Source: a virus | Taxonomy: Duplodnaviria > Caudoviricetes | IMG/VR virus record: IMGVR_UViG_3300043436_004623 | Location: 1 to 64,000 of that record | Length of the DNA stretch: 64,000 nucleotides | Direction: 5' to 3' (one strand) | Part shown: piece after piece, positions 9,319 to 18,929 of the stretch | Numbering within the stretch: position 1 is the first letter of the stretch | How the letters are laid out: every line of letters starts with the position of its first letter | Translations under genes and position numbers: made by a program | The notes under the pieces: model-generated | Database searches by the model: none | What the model was told of the DNA's origin: nothing | The model's input: the letters and a program-made list of their open reading frames with translations, nothing else

Positions 9319-10077
9319 CTAAAGGTGTGAAATTATTCCATATTCTTTAAATGATTCCCAACAAAATTCATCACTGCCAAAATGATTTAAATTTGGAGAT
9401 GACAGTGTCGCTTGCCTTCCAAACGAACGATTGCAAAGAATTTTATAAGTTTGTAAAGCTTCAACATCACACTTATCCTTATAATAAATAGATTTTACAA
9501 GTTTAGTTTGATATTTATTACCATCATCCGTAAAAGCCAAAATAGCTTTTTCTATAACATGATCAAATGGTAGATTATTTCTTTCAATAAAGAAAATGGG
9601 TTTAATAGAACCAAAATTTGGTATACAGTTTCCAAGCTGTAGTTGATTGTTAAAAATAAATGAATCGTAAAATGGTATTGCTAATAGCAAATTATCTGTC
9701 CATAGATTCTGCAGATTTTCTGCATCAATTCTTCCACCAAAACGAGTATTAATTGCGCTATAAAATTTATTCAAATCTTTACAACCATCATCATTTTTTG
9801 CAAATGCAATCAACTTATGACAAGAATCATTATTCTCAAAACAATTACAACAAGTAAATCTATATCCAAAAACAAGTTGTAAATCATTACTCACGCATTT
9901 CTTGAATGCCTCAAGAAAACCCACCATGGAATCTTCAACTAATACAATTTGTTTAAGATTATTTTCTAAGGCGATAGAAAAAATACTATCTGGCCCATCA
10001 TCTTTTTGATCAATTGGGTCATCTAAAGTTAGAATGCTTTTACCAATTGAAAAAGTAGACTTAAAAAGTGGTATCAT
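9319..10077 (-). CDS. Stand-alone PHP domain (N-terminal part of DnaE)
   Basis: MIPLFKSTFSIGKSIL...LVEDSMVGF...CHKLIAFAKNDDGCKDL matches the DnaE PHP layout; it lies upstream of the PHP-less dnaE. Confidence 0.75.
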   Translation of the reverse strand: MIPLFKSTFSIGKSILTLDDPIDQKDDGPDSIFSIALENNLKQIVLVEDSMVGFLEAFKKCVSNDLQLVFGYRFTCCNCFENNDSCHKLIAFAKNDDGCKDLNKFYSAINTRFGGRIDAENLQNLWTDNLLLAIPFYDSFIFNNQLQLGNCIPNFGSIKPIFFIERNNLPFDHVIEKAILAFTDDGNKYQTKLVKSIYYKDKCDVEALQTYKILCNRSFGRQATLSSPNLNHFGSDEFCWESFKEYGIISHL

Positions 10078-10084
10078 ACATCAT

Positions 10085-10113
10085 AGTATAATATATGTAA
10101 ATACCAAGGTCAA
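10085..10113 (-). promoter_or_regulatory. sigma70-type promoter, leaderless
   Basis: TTGACC, 17-nt spacer, TATACT, then 7 nt to the ATG at 10077. Confidence 0.75.
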
Positions 10114-11153
10114 TATCTTTTTTGATGTTTTGGGCAACCTGCATATGATCTTTTTTCAAAAGAGAACCCCTCTGGAACAAGAGATTCTGAAAATTCTTCT
10201 TCACTATATGACTTAATGAACTGATTTTCTTGATTTAAAACAACATAATAATCAAATCCCCATTTAAATGGACAACTCCACATTAATGTTCCATCAACTT
10301 TTAACTGACCTTTTTCTTTTGCAAATCCACATTGCAATGGTCCGCTAAATGATTTATCAGTTGGATATGGTTGACTTGCTGCAAAATTACCCATTGCATC
10401 ATTTTCAGAAAAATTATCAATGTAATCTTGAATTGCTGTTAGTTGATATTCAAAACCTTCAATATCATCATCGCTAATTGATTCCATACGGATAGCGCCA
10501 TCAGATTTCTCTAATAAATCTTTATCAAGATTAAATTTAAGAAATAAAAATTCGCTTTCGCGTTTTTTATATTCTGGATATAAATGTTTGACTGCGAGAC
10601 TATACATATAATCTTGCAAATTATCAGTGATTTCTTTGCCAACAAATTTCTTTTTACTAGTTTTAAAGTCTCTTATGAGAGCATATTTATCTTTTTTATA
10701 TAAAAAAAGTTTATCAATGAAGCCTTTAATTTTATATCTCACATCACGATCTTCATCATTAATAGTAATTTCGAAATCTTTTTCAGATAAAGCTTCAGTT
10801 GGTTTAGCATGGCTTTCTCCATAAAAATCATAATTTAAACCATTGAGAATCATATCTTTAATTAGCTCAATATTTTCTTCATCATCAACCTGTAATTTTT
10901 TTGCGTGTTTCAAAATTAAACGCTTAATCCCTTTATGAGAAAAAACATCTTTCTTTTTTAACAAAGATTGATAAATGCTTTTACGATTTTTTTCACCAAG
11001 CAGTTCAAAAATTAAGTGACAAATAGAACCTCTTTTAGCACCATCATTTGATGCATCTGGCAAAGCTAACTTGTACTTAGCCCAGTATAACCAACTACAT
11101 GATTGTACTGTTTTAATTCTACTTGCTGAAAGCGGTGTCTTAGGTTCACTCAT
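10110..11153 (-). CDS. PD-(D/E)xK nuclease, Cas4/RecB-like exonuclease
   Basis: LSASRIK...C at the N-terminus, KGFIDKL and IRDFKTSK motifs, and C-terminal cysteines (QCG, SCP, GCP). Confidence 0.8.
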   Translation of the reverse strand: MSEPKTPLSASRIKTVQSCSWLYWAKYKLALPDASNDGAKRGSICHLIFELLGEKNRKSIYQSLLKKKDVFSHKGIKRLILKHAKKLQVDDEENIELIKDMILNGLNYDFYGESHAKPTEALSEKDFEITINDEDRDVRYKIKGFIDKLFLYKKDKYALIRDFKTSKKKFVGKEITDNLQDYMYSLAVKHLYPEYKKRESEFLFLKFNLDKDLLEKSDGAIRMESISDDDIEGFEYQLTAIQDYIDNFSENDAMGNFAASQPYPTDKSFSGPLQCGFAKEKGQLKVDGTLMWSCPFKWGFDYYVVLNQENQFIKSYSEEEFSESLVPEGFSFEKRSYAGCPKHQKRY

Positions 11154-12216
11154 GATGTTCTAGTATTTTAATTAAACCTGCGACATCCTTTTGACTAAAA
11201 AAGTTAAGATATCTTTTAACATAACTTTTTAAATTGTCAATGTACTGGTCTTTATCTGTAGTTTGATTATACCAATTTTTAAGATTAAATCCATTTTGGT
11301 ACGCATCAGAAAAATCATTAAATGGTTCTGGTGGGAGTCGAATCTCAAGCATATCAAAATCAAAATACTTGCGCAAAGACATTAAAATTTTAACAGCACC
11401 ATTATATCCATGATTTGCCGCCGATTGAAAATCATTATTAGTAGCGATAATAATTTTCTTTACTGGAAATGAATTTAAATAATTGATAATAGCGGGGCTG
11501 CAACCAATTCCAAAAGTTACAAGATTATTTTTAATTCCACTTTCATAAAGTGCCATGCTATCTCCAATACTTTCAACTAACACAACCTCTTCTTTTTCTC
11601 TAATGATTGAATCAATTGAATCTTCTTGAGGAATCATTGCTGGATACACCCAATTTCTTCTTTTGCCAAGATGCTTCCACTTTGGAAGGTGTTCTGCGTC
11701 ATCATCAATTTTACGACCACTAAATCCTATAATTTGACCATGTTCATTGTAAATAGGGAAAACCATACGCCGATACATCTTACCAGCACCAGCAAGCCCA
11801 GTTTTATAAAATTTTAAAGTTTCTTCGTTGTATCCTTTTTTAGTATAAAAAAGATAATTTGGGAAAAGCTTTTCTAACATTGATTCTGGGTATATTTCTT
11901 CCATTTCTATTGTTTCTTTTGGTGTGTAAAAAAATTCATCAGATTTTTTTAAAGAGTTAAGTATGTCTTTTAGTTTTTTAGGATCTGAATTTAATGATAG
12001 TTGTAATAATTTTTCAAAAGGTAGAGATTTTGAGCCATTGACAAAATCAGTCCATACGCCAGTATTTTTATAAATACGAACTGATGTTTGGTTATCTCCA
12101 CCACGGTATAGAGCATTTGTTCTCCAATGGTTTCCAAAGTCTATAAGTTTATAACCAATACCCTCTAGTGTAGTTTGTATTTGTGTTGGATCAATTGAAG
12201 TCTGGGAGGTCATCAT
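11146..12216 (-). CDS. dnaG: DNA primase (DnaG-like, TOPRIM)
   Basis: RMVFPIYNEHGQIIGFSGR and VLVESIGDSMAL TOPRIM motifs; adjacent to the helicase. Confidence 0.85.
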   Translation of the reverse strand: MMTSQTSIDPTQIQTTLEGIGYKLIDFGNHWRTNALYRGGDNQTSVRIYKNTGVWTDFVNGSKSLPFEKLLQLSLNSDPKKLKDILNSLKKSDEFFYTPKETIEMEEIYPESMLEKLFPNYLFYTKKGYNEETLKFYKTGLAGAGKMYRRMVFPIYNEHGQIIGFSGRKIDDDAEHLPKWKHLGKRRNWVYPAMIPQEDSIDSIIREKEEVVLVESIGDSMALYESGIKNNLVTFGIGCSPAIINYLNSFPVKKIIIATNNDFQSAANHGYNGAVKILMSLRKYFDFDMLEIRLPPEPFNDFSDAYQNGFNLKNWYNQTTDKDQYIDNLKSYVKRYLNFFSQKDVAGLIKILEHHE

Positions 12217-13699
12217 CTTCGTCTTCTTCTAGTTCTGCATTTCCATCCATAAATCTAGCAATATCTCTAAGATCTCCCTTTTCAGTAATTGCGAAATTTT
12301 TGAAATCTAAATTAATAAAGTTCTTTCTTAGTGCGTCTCCAATTCTAATTGGTTCGACAGCACCAGCAATATCTTTACCAAGGTGTCGAGCTTTAACATT
12401 AATTAACTTATGAGTGCCAAATGATCTACCTTCTGTTTCAATTTCATCAGCTGTTTTATTTCTCAAAATAAACATGTGAGAACAGAACTGGGTAATCCTG
12501 TCAGAAAGGGAAACGACACTTTCATCATCGATAACATTTTGTGAGTTGCGATTATTGGTAATACCACTTCGATTAGATTGAACAGAAGTGATCATTGGTA
12601 TGATTGGATTGCCTTCATGCAAGATCTCCTTTTGGACACATTTTTTAAACTTATCCACCATTTCTCCAACAACTTGCCATTCATTTTTGCCGCCGCCAGA
12701 TTCTGATGTAGTTTTAATATAGTCAAAAGAGAAAATCATTTGATTGCCTCTGCCAACCTTACCATAATAAAATCTCTTTAGGGTTTTAATCATAGAGTCA
12801 ACATCCATCCCGCCGACATTATAGTAATAGAATTTCATCTCTTTGATCTTAGGCCAAACTGCTCTAATACGATCAACGATTTCTTTTCCAGCACGTCTCC
12901 ACTCACCTGTCTCAATCAAATGCATTGGAACGCCAGATAAGGCTGCACATTGACGCATAACAAGCTCTTCTTTGCTCATTTCACCATTGTCAAAGTGAAG
13001 GACTGGTATACCATACTTAATTGCCACTTTTGTGCTATAATCCATACAAAACTGAGTTTTACCGACACCAGATCTAGCAACAACAACAGTAATATTACCT
13101 GGCCTCAAAAGGGAACCATAAATTTCATTAACCTTCTTATGCGGCCCCATCATTCCAAATTCGACAACAGGGTTATTGCCACGATCTTCAACAATAAATT
13201 CCATTTCATCATATATGTTTTCTGGCAAGTCATTGCCGATTTCATATAGATTAATTTTTGAATTATATGCCGAATCTGCAGACTCAATAATATCAGTATA
13301 CGAACATTCAGAACCAATCCCCTTCATTCGCTTTGCGATTTCTTGGGCAGATTCAAATATTTCTCGCCTAACAGTAAATTTCTTTAGCTCTTTAGCTGTT
13401 TTAATTAAATTCCCCTTGGGAACTTTTCTCATCGCCAAAGATCTAATATAATCAGATGGGTTTACGCGATCTTCAAATGATAAACCTAAAGAGTTAACTC
13501 TTTGAGCAATAATAACCTCATCAATCTCTTCGCTAGAATCAATTGATTGTTTTATAATTGTAAAAATGGTTCCATGAAGATTGCTATCTTCAGAATAAAA
13601 ATCTTTTGAGCTTATAAAATTAGCTACTTCAGAATAGCTTTCTGGCTCTTTAATAAGAGCGGCAAGTAATTGTTTTTCTAACTCGTAATTATAAATCAT
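12191..13699 (-). CDS. dnaB: Replicative DnaB-like helicase
   Basis: N-terminal DnaB domain, Walker A ARSGVGKT, FSFDYIK, SVQSNR. Confidence 0.9.
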   Translation of the reverse strand: MIYNYELEKQLLAALIKEPESYSEVANFISSKDFYSEDSNLHGTIFTIIKQSIDSSEEIDEVIIAQRVNSLGLSFEDRVNPSDYIRSLAMRKVPKGNLIKTAKELKKFTVRREIFESAQEIAKRMKGIGSECSYTDIIESADSAYNSKINLYEIGNDLPENIYDEMEFIVEDRGNNPVVEFGMMGPHKKVNEIYGSLLRPGNITVVVARSGVGKTQFCMDYSTKVAIKYGIPVLHFDNGEMSKEELVMRQCAALSGVPMHLIETGEWRRAGKEIVDRIRAVWPKIKEMKFYYYNVGGMDVDSMIKTLKRFYYGKVGRGNQMIFSFDYIKTTSESGGGKNEWQVVGEMVDKFKKCVQKEILHEGNPIIPMITSVQSNRSGITNNRNSQNVIDDESVVSLSDRITQFCSHMFILRNKTADEIETEGRSFGTHKLINVKARHLGKDIAGAVEPIRIGDALRKNFINLDFKNFAITEKGDLRDIARFMDGNAELEEDEDDDLPDFN

Positions 13700-13706
13700 C
13701 TACGAT

Positions 13707-13735
13707 AGATTATCATAGATAGAATAGTTTGTCAA
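13707..13735 (-). promoter_or_regulatory. sigma70-type promoter, leaderless
   Basis: TTGACA, 17-nt spacer, TG-n-TAATCT, then 7 nt to the dnaB ATG at 13699. Confidence 0.75.
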
Positions 13736-13989
13736 TCAAAGTCTTCATCAGAATTTAAATACTCCTGTTCATCTAAATTTTGTAAATAGCACTCAACCGC
13801 CTTACGCAGAGCAAGCTCCGTCATTTGGCTATCGTATTTAGTATAAATCAAAGGATTGCCATCTTCTGTGGCACAAGCAAATATTAAACCTTTAAATTTC
13901 TCAGCGCCACCTGTTAATTCAAATAGTTGGTTAATAATATTATTAGGTATTTTAAATTGTGGAAGAGAGTCTGGATCTATTTCTGACAT
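13732..13989 (-). CDS. Hypothetical protein, 85 aa
   Basis: Fits operon packing; preceded by CTGTAA (a variant of the GTGTAA motif). Confidence 0.7.
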   Translation of the reverse strand: MSEIDPDSLPQFKIPNNIINQLFELTGGAEKFKGLIFACATEDGNPLIYTKYDSQMTELALRKAVECYLQNLDEQEYLNSDEDFD

Positions 13990-14001
13990 ATTTTTATATC
14001 T

Positions 14002-14409
14002 TTACAGTATAACTCCAAAAGATTCGAATAATTTTTCATCAATTATATCGTTTGGATAAATTTCTATTAACTTTATATCGTTTGTGTCACAAAATTTCAA
14101 TTTTTTTTCATCTCGACGTAGTTGATCTAAATAATTAAGGCGGCTTCCATGAAAGAATTTTACATATTTAGTATGCTGCGCACCCTGGACTTCTATAGCA
14201 ATATTTTTATTTGCATTATAAAAGTCAAAAGATAGTCTAGTACCAACTATTTTAAATTCTTCAAATACAATATCATTAAACCAATAAGGATTTAAAAAGT
14301 TTTTAACAGATGTTTGAAACTTGCTTCTACTTGGCTTCTTCCAGTTGATTAAATATTTTTTAGCATTTTTTAAAGTTGTTTCAGAACCAGATATAGTTTT
14401 AAATTTCAT
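14002..14409 (-). CDS. PD-(D/E)xK / Vsr-like endonuclease
   Basis: Motif LSFDFY...IAIEVQGAQH...D..K. Confidence 0.7.
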   Translation of the reverse strand: MKFKTISGSETTLKNAKKYLINWKKPSRSKFQTSVKNFLNPYWFNDIVFEEFKIVGTRLSFDFYNANKNIAIEVQGAQHTKYVKFFHGSRLNYLDQLRRDEKKLKFCDTNDIKLIEIYPNDIIDEKLFESFGVIL

Positions 14410-15532
14410 TATTAATTGTCTTCTTGAAATAAGAGATTAAGAAAGATAAAAGTTCTTTGTTTTCTTCGATTGTTTTAAACAGGTTGTCATTACCCTGAAT
14501 CTTTTCGGGGAGTTCTAAACCGTTTTCCGCGAGCAGTTCTTTAAACTCTTCTGTTACAGAAATCCATGACATTTTTTTGCTAATGAACTCCCAAACATAA
14601 AGCATGTCTACAATTTCTTTTTCAATCCATATGGAATTACCATTTGTTCTTCCATACCTAATTGGATATGCAATAGTTAAATTAGTTTTTTCAATTGGAG
14701 ATTTCTTAACAGTAACTTTAGCAAAATGCCCAATGATTGGATTACTATTGACATCTATTTTACTATCCGCTGGATTCTGAAGAATTAGATCTCCCTTGTA
14801 GCGAGGTTCAAATTCCAAAATCCAATTAGCAAAGTGAAGAAGTGCGTTACCACCTGTAGCAGTAGTTTGACGAACTGGCGCTTTAGAATATGGATCAAGT
14901 TTAATATCGGCTCTAACTTGACTAATAAATACTGCCATATGACCACGCTTTGCCAAACCAATAGAAAGACGCTTCATGAAGTTGGCGGCAATTACCGCAC
15001 CACCAGCAACCTTGTTTGAGTCTTCGAAACTTTTATCCAAATCTCCCTTAGAAATAAGACCGTCAACAGAATCAAGAAGAAAATAATAAATATTACCCTC
15101 ATCATTTTTAGCTACAAGTTGACGCATTACATCAACAACTGTTTCATAGATATTACTCTCAAATACAAAACACGTTCCATCTTGCCATTCTTCTGCTGAA
15201 AAAACAAATTTAATCCCAGATCTTTCCATCATTTCGTTAGAAAGACGACCTTCAGCCTTAATGTAAAACCCCTTACCCTTTTGAACCTTTTCTAAAAAGT
15301 TCTTCATAAATGAAAGAGCGGCAGATGTTTTTCCACCCTCATTCATGCCGACAAATCTATGCAAACCAGGTCCAAGACCCCCACCCAAATGTAGGTCTAA
15401 TTGAAGAGAACCACTTGAAACTTTATAGTCAACAGCTTCTTCAAAATTATAATGATCACTTTGGTTTTGTTTTAAAAACGAACCCAAAACATCGCTAGAT
15501 TTTGTCACTTCTTTTTCTTTAGTTTTACTCAT
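14399..15532 (-). CDS. recA: RecA/UvsX-like recombinase
   Basis: SSGSLQLDLHLGGG, P-loop GMNEGGKT, LLDSVDGL, VFISQVR, TGGNALLHFA. Confidence 0.88.
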   Translation of the reverse strand: MSKTKEKEVTKSSDVLGSFLKQNQSDHYNFEEAVDYKVSSGSLQLDLHLGGGLGPGLHRFVGMNEGGKTSAALSFMKNFLEKVQKGKGFYIKAEGRLSNEMMERSGIKFVFSAEEWQDGTCFVFESNIYETVVDVMRQLVAKNDEGNIYYFLLDSVDGLISKGDLDKSFEDSNKVAGGAVIAANFMKRLSIGLAKRGHMAVFISQVRADIKLDPYSKAPVRQTTATGGNALLHFANWILEFEPRYKGDLILQNPADSKIDVNSNPIIGHFAKVTVKKSPIEKTNLTIAYPIRYGRTNGNSIWIEKEIVDMLYVWEFISKKMSWISVTEEFKELLAENGLELPEKIQGNDNLFKTIEENKELLSFLISYFKKTINNEI

Positions 15533-15869
15533 TTAAAAATTGTTTAATTGTTATTTTCTTCTTTCCAAGAGAGGAGTCTTCTCCCACTTTATCCCCAATA
15601 TGATACTCTTCATAACGAGAATAGTCAATCTTAAAATTAAAAGCTCTAAACTTTTGATCCAAGGTTTCCTTTAGTTTTTCACTAACTAAATAGGCTAAAG
15701 AGTCCACCTTTTTATCAAAGGTCAATACATTCATAAACTCTAATGAGTATCTTTCGCATAAAATATTTAAAAACTTCATTTCGCGCATATAAAACAAACG
15801 CTTATCCTTTGTAGGGATAAGCGTAAGTTTGGCAAGAATATGTTTTTTATTAATCTTAGCCTTGGCCAT
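15525..15869 (-). CDS. Hypothetical protein, 114 aa
   Basis: Track ORF 15525-15980 overlaps gmd; the start is moved to the ATG at 15869 (MAKAKINKK), 5 nt after a TATACT box. Confidence 0.7.
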   Translation of the reverse strand: MAKAKINKKHILAKLTLIPTKDKRLFYMREMKFLNILCERYSLEFMNVLTFDKKVDSLAYLVSEKLKETLDQKFRAFNFKIDYSRYEEYHIGDKVGEDSSLGKKKITIKQFLNE

Positions 15870-16980
15870 GCTCAAGTATATCATGTCTGACCATTTTGTC
15901 AACCAGTTCTTTAAAAGATGTTTTTGGTTTCCACCCAAGTTCTTTACGAGCTTTACTTGAGTCTCCAAGTAGTAATTCAACTTCAGCTGGTCTATAAAAA
16001 TTTTTATTAATAATAAGTAATGTTTTATTGGTATTTTTTTCTATATATTTTTCATAAATACCTTCACCAGACCAAAATCCTTCAATGGTTGCGGCTTGAA
16101 AAGCTAATTCAACAAATTCGCGAATTGTGTGGGTTTCGTTTGATGATAAAACATAATCTTTAGGCTCGTTTTGATTAAGCATTAGCCAAATACCTTCTAC
16201 AAAATCTTCCGCATCACTCCAATCTCTTTTTGCTTCCAAATTACCAAGTTCTAGTGGATAAAAATCATTATTATTGTTTAGTGCTAATTTTATACGAGCA
16301 ATATTAGTAGTAATTTTTCTAGTTACAAATTCAACACCGCGCCTTGTTCCTTCATGATTAAACAACCAACCTTGTACTGCATATAATCCATATGATTCTT
16401 TCCAAACTTTAACAATCTGTCGTGCAGCAGCTTTTGATGCTCCATATGGACTTCTTGGGCGAAGAGGATGATCTTCATTTTGTGGTACTGTTATAACATC
16501 TCCAAACTCTTCAGAAGACCCAGCTTGATAAAATCTACATGTCGGATGATAGTTTCTAATAGCCTCTAAAATATTTAAAACTGAAGTTGCATTTGTTTCC
16601 CATGTTTGTTGAGCAAAATCCCAACTACTTCCAACAAAGCTTTGTGCGGCTAAATTAATAAAATAATCAGGTTTAAGTTTTTCAATTACTCTTGAAATTG
16701 AATGACAATCAGTAAGATCAAAATTAATTAAATGAAATCTATCACTATTAATATGAGAAAGATTTTTATGGTTATAAACACTTAATCTACGAACACAACC
16801 AACTATTTCATAATCCGTATTCTTTAATAAGAAATCTACCATATGACTTCCATCTTGGCCAGTTACTCCAGTAACAATAATAGATTTTTTATTATCAATA
16901 ATTTTGGCAGTATCTTCAATATTCAAAATATTCATGTGGTCTATTTTTTTCCCTATGTATTTTTCTTTAAGAATATTCAT
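15856..16980 (-). CDS. gmd: GDP-mannose 4,6-dehydratase
   Basis: GVTGQDGS, LAAQSFV, YQAGSSEEFG, PRSPYGASK, FNHE, FVTRKI. An alternative start is at 16935. Confidence 0.93.
   Translation of the reverse strand: MNILKEKYIGKKIDHMNILNIEDTAKIIDNKKSIIVTGVTGQDGSHMVDFLLKNTDYEIVGCVRRLSVYNHKNLSHINSDRFHLINFDLTDCHSISRVIEKLKPDYFINLAAQSFVGSSWDFAQQTWETNATSVLNILEAIRNYHPTCRFYQAGSSEEFGDVITVPQNEDHPLRPRSPYGASKAAARQIVKVWKESYGLYAVQGWLFNHEGTRRGVEFVTRKITTNIARIKLALNNNNDFYPLELGNLEAKRDWSDAEDFVEGIWLMLNQNEPKDYVLSSNETHTIREFVELAFQAATIEGFWSGEGIYEKYIEKNTNKTLLIINKNFYRPAEVELLLGDSSKARKELGWKPKTSFKELVDKMVRHDILEHGQG
15875..15902 (-). promoter_or_regulatory. sigma70-type promoter embedded in the gmd 3' end, leaderless
   Basis: TTGACA, 16-nt spacer, TG-n-TATACT, then 5 nt to the ATG. 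Confidence 0.7.
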
Positions 16981-17755
16981 CTAGTAGTAAATTATAAGTT
17001 ATCTTAATTGATTCTTGAAGTCCAATTAAATTTAAATTTAACTTTTTAAGCGAATCTCCATTCCCAATATAATCCGCTGTCTTATCTAAGTTTTCAAGTT
17101 TAATTTTACATTTATATGAATTTAAGTTATTAATTAAATTTGCAATATCAACTAAAGAATATTTATTGCTATAAACACAATCAATAGTTTTAGGTAAATC
17201 TTCATTATTAATATAATGATTTATGATATTAATTAAATCTTTCATATAAATAAAATCCATATATTTATTATTATGAATAATAATATCTTTTTTTTGTATA
17301 TAATTTTTAATATTATTTTTTATAAACCTAGTATTTAGATCATTTTGATCAAATAATCCACATATTCTTAAATTATAAAATTGATCTTCATCTTTAATAT
17401 ATTTTGCTATAATATTTTTACTTAATCCATATAAACTTTCATATAAATTGCATTCTGCTATTGAACCAAAGTTTATAAATTTTTTATATTTATCTTTTTG
17501 ATTTAATAAATTAAAAAATATTTTTAAATTATCTAATAATATACTATCTACTTCTGGAATTAATCTATTGCCACCTGTAATTGCTGTATGTAATACAACA
17601 TCAAAATATTTATTTTTGAACCAATTGTTTACAGTATCTCTATCTGTTAATTGCAAGTCCTCTCTTCCTATGCAAGTTATTTCATACTTTTTTGAAAATT
17701 CTTTGACAAGAGCTTTAGATAAATATCCAGTTTTGCCAGTTATTAGTATCTTCAT
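16967..17755 (-). CDS. NAD(P)-dependent epimerase/reductase (extended SDR)
   Basis: MKILITGKTGYLS Rossmann motif and YGLSK. The start is moved from 17860 to 17755. Confidence 0.82.
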   Translation of the reverse strand: MKILITGKTGYLSKALVKEFSKKYEITCIGREDLQLTDRDTVNNWFKNKYFDVVLHTAITGGNRLIPEVDSILLDNLKIFFNLLNQKDKYKKFINFGSIAECNLYESLYGLSKNIIAKYIKDEDQFYNLRICGLFDQNDLNTRFIKNNIKNYIQKKDIIIHNNKYMDFIYMKDLINIINHYINNEDLPKTIDCVYSNKYSLVDIANLINNLNSYKCKIKLENLDKTADYIGNGDSLKKLNLNLIGLQESIKITYNLLLDEYS

Positions 17756-17756
17756 T

Positions 17757-18293
17757 TTATTTTTCTTTACTAAAATCTGCAAATTCAACCAAAATAGTAC
17801 TTTTCCCATCAGTTCGATGCAGCGCTTTTTCATAAGCGGGTACAATATCTTCTGGCTCAATTAATTCTATTATATCAATTGTTTTGCACATTTCTCTAAA
17901 AGCTTGCGAAAAGTTTCCTTTATGTTGATCTTGTGGATCTACTGGTCTTTCACTACCAACTGCCACCCGAATAATTACTTTAGGTAAGCATTTACTTAAA
18001 GACATTAATGATATTTTATCAAGATGATTAACTATTTGATCTGTAGCCATTAATAAAAAATTCCATCTTGGATAAGTTGATATTGGTATCATACCTTCTA
18101 TAGCAATACCATTAGATATTCCCATTTGAAGATATTCTGCAACAGGAAATTCCATTTTTTTATTATCTGGTATATGTTTTAATGAGTCATATAAACCTGT
18201 GCCTTCATATTCAACAGCTTGGCCAATAAAGATTGTATCTGGATGTTCAGCAAGCAATGACATTGCTTTTTTTATCTCTTCGCTATATTTCAT
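17757..18293 (-). CDS. ThDP enzyme, PDH E1-beta / transketolase pyrimidine-binding subunit
   Basis: IFIGQAV, EFPVAEYLQMGISNGIAIEG, DQIVNH, GPxH-like PQDQH. Lacks the C-terminal domain. Confidence 0.8.
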   Translation of the reverse strand: MKYSEEIKKAMSLLAEHPDTIFIGQAVEYEGTGLYDSLKHIPDNKKMEFPVAEYLQMGISNGIAIEGMIPISTYPRWNFLLMATDQIVNHLDKISLMSLSKCLPKVIIRVAVGSERPVDPQDQHKGNFSQAFREMCKTIDIIELIEPEDIVPAYEKALHRTDGKSTILVEFADFSKEK

Positions 18294-18299
18294 AAAAAT

Positions 18300-18929
18300 T
18301 TAAAATTGAACTCTTTTTCCTGCTCCAGCATGTGGGTATTTTTGATTATCATATTGATAATATATTAGATTTTTTTGTCTTAATATACCACCACGATATT
18401 CTTCTTTAAGAAAGTAAGGCGTATCTCTTCCCCATATAGAAGCTGTTGGTGTGCATACAGATTTTTTATTATCTTCGACAATAAATGTTATAGGTAAATC
18501 ATGATTTAAACTATATTTATAAGCTTCGTGAAAAGCCCCTGTTTCTGCGCTCATGTCTCCTACCCAACACCACACCTTATTTGATTTGCCTTTCAACTTA
18601 ATAGATAAAGCAATGCCTGTCGCAATAGATGGAATTCCGCCAACAATAGAACTGCATATAAATTTATATTCAGGTAGTGTCATTACCATTGATTTGCCTT
18701 TTATAATATTTTGTTTTAAAATTTCTTTAGGTATTCCTTTTAATAAAGCTTGGTAATGATTTCTCCATGTGCAACAGACCCAATCATTATTGCTATCGAT
18801 ATCTTTAAAAAGATCAATCATTATGTTTTCATTACCTGAATATAAATGAATAGGAGCTTTGATAAGTCCATTATCAAATGTATCCGCAATATCTTTTTCA
18901 AATTCTATTAATTCCTCTAAAGTTACCAT
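18300..18929 (-). CDS. ThDP enzyme, PDH E1-alpha-like subunit
   Basis: HLYSGNE, TWRNH, SSIVGG, and the ThDP-binding motif GD(MSAETG)...VEDN. Confidence 0.82.
   Translation of the reverse strand: MVTLEELIEFEKDIADTFDNGLIKAPIHLYSGNENIMIDLFKDIDSNNDWVCCTWRNHYQALLKGIPKEILKQNIIKGKSMVMTLPEYKFICSSIVGGIPSIATGIALSIKLKGKSNKVWCWVGDMSAETGAFHEAYKYSLNHDLPITFIVEDNKKSVCTPTASIWGRDTPYFLKEEYRGGILRQKNLIYYQYDNQKYPHAGAGKRVQF

Noticed and set aside
17757-18929. Pyruvate dehydrogenase as a central-metabolism AMG
   Set aside because: The subunits are truncated, there is no E2 or E3, and they are embedded among deoxysugar genes. A sugar-branching role fits better.
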